Virus record (IMG/VR): IMGVR_UViG_2740892282_000009 | Reading direction: 5' to 3' (one strand) | DNA: 22,170 nucleotides | Source: a virus | Taxonomy: Duplodnaviria; Heunggongvirae; Uroviricota; Caudoviricetes | In this document: piece after piece, positions 21,859 through 22,170 of the stretch | Position numbering within the stretch: position 1 is the stretch's first letter | Layout: each line of letters starts with the position of its first letter | Notes under the pieces: generated by a model | Told to the model about the DNA's origin: nothing | Databases searched by the model: none | The model's input: the letters and a program-made list of their open reading frames with translations, nothing else | Program-made: the position numbers and the translations under genes

Positions 21859-22170
21859 AACATTCCTTTGTTTAACATTTTCCATTTTTTCTCAACGCAA
21901 AAAGATCCCCATGTTGGGGATTACTTTTTGATGTAGAATTATAATTATCACGTTGAGGTAGTGATCACCATAATATGGATTATACCATGTTATTTTTTAT
22001 CGTTCCAAAAACTTGATAACCATTTTATTTATGGTTGGAATTTTCAAAGGTAGTGCTAATACTGTTAGTAACATAAAAAAGATGCACAGTACTATCCAAC
22101 ATGGAAATAGTACGAACATATAGATTGCCGTAGCAATGATTTCAAAGATTATTTTGTATATCCAATTCAT

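Noticed and set aside
21749-21931. 60-aa plus-strand ORF
   Set aside because: It overlaps, on the opposite strand, the 50-aa ORF at 21706-21858, which has a good ribosome-binding site and a regulator-like sequence. The plus-strand translation is hydrophobic low-complexity, so the minus-strand ORF is preferred, at low confidence.
21997-22170. Minus-strand ORF starting at the last three bases of the window (MNWIYKIIFEIIATAIYMFVLFPCWIVLCIFFML..., about 57 aa, hydrophobic)
   Set aside because: The ATG coincides with the window edge, so the true start and any upstream context are unknown; it may be the tail of a longer gene. Not called as a feature.

Overview
This window looks like part of a lower-GC prophage-like element in an Enterobacteriaceae-type context (GC judged by eye only). 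From the left: (1) the 3' end of an IS3 copy (1-297), whose terminal inverted repeat abuts and truncates a lambda-J-like host-specificity gene. (2) A compact, leftward-transcribed virion module (about 298-12912): Nu1-like small terminase, gpA-like large terminase, portal, one ORF combining an HK97-type prohead protease with an HK97-fold major capsid protein, small head-tail and tail genes, a short tape-measure-like gene and tail-tip genes. It is interrupted by one oppositely oriented, AT-rich membrane-protein moron (4272-4892). (3) An accessory region (12957-22170): a divergent two-gene cassette (small PD-(D/E)xK-like protein plus DUF3800-like protein), a perfect (TAATAATT)x11 microsatellite, a lipoprotein and a short EAL-like gene in a higher-GC patch, a McrA-like HNH nuclease operon with an unknown partner, a membrane protein, an Mrr-like nuclease gene broken by a frameshift in a 7-nt homopolymer, about 670 bp of unexplained non-coding DNA, and an HNH homing-endonuclease-like cluster. 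No rRNA, tRNA or CRISPR array was found. The palindrome GTAC (often AGTACT) is several-fold over-represented in the backbone but not in the IS3 segment or the AT-rich cargo genes. The best candidates for an undescribed system are the PD-(D/E)xK + DUF3800 cassette and the HNH-nuclease operon; neither is recognised as a described system. All domain calls are from reading the translations, with no database search.
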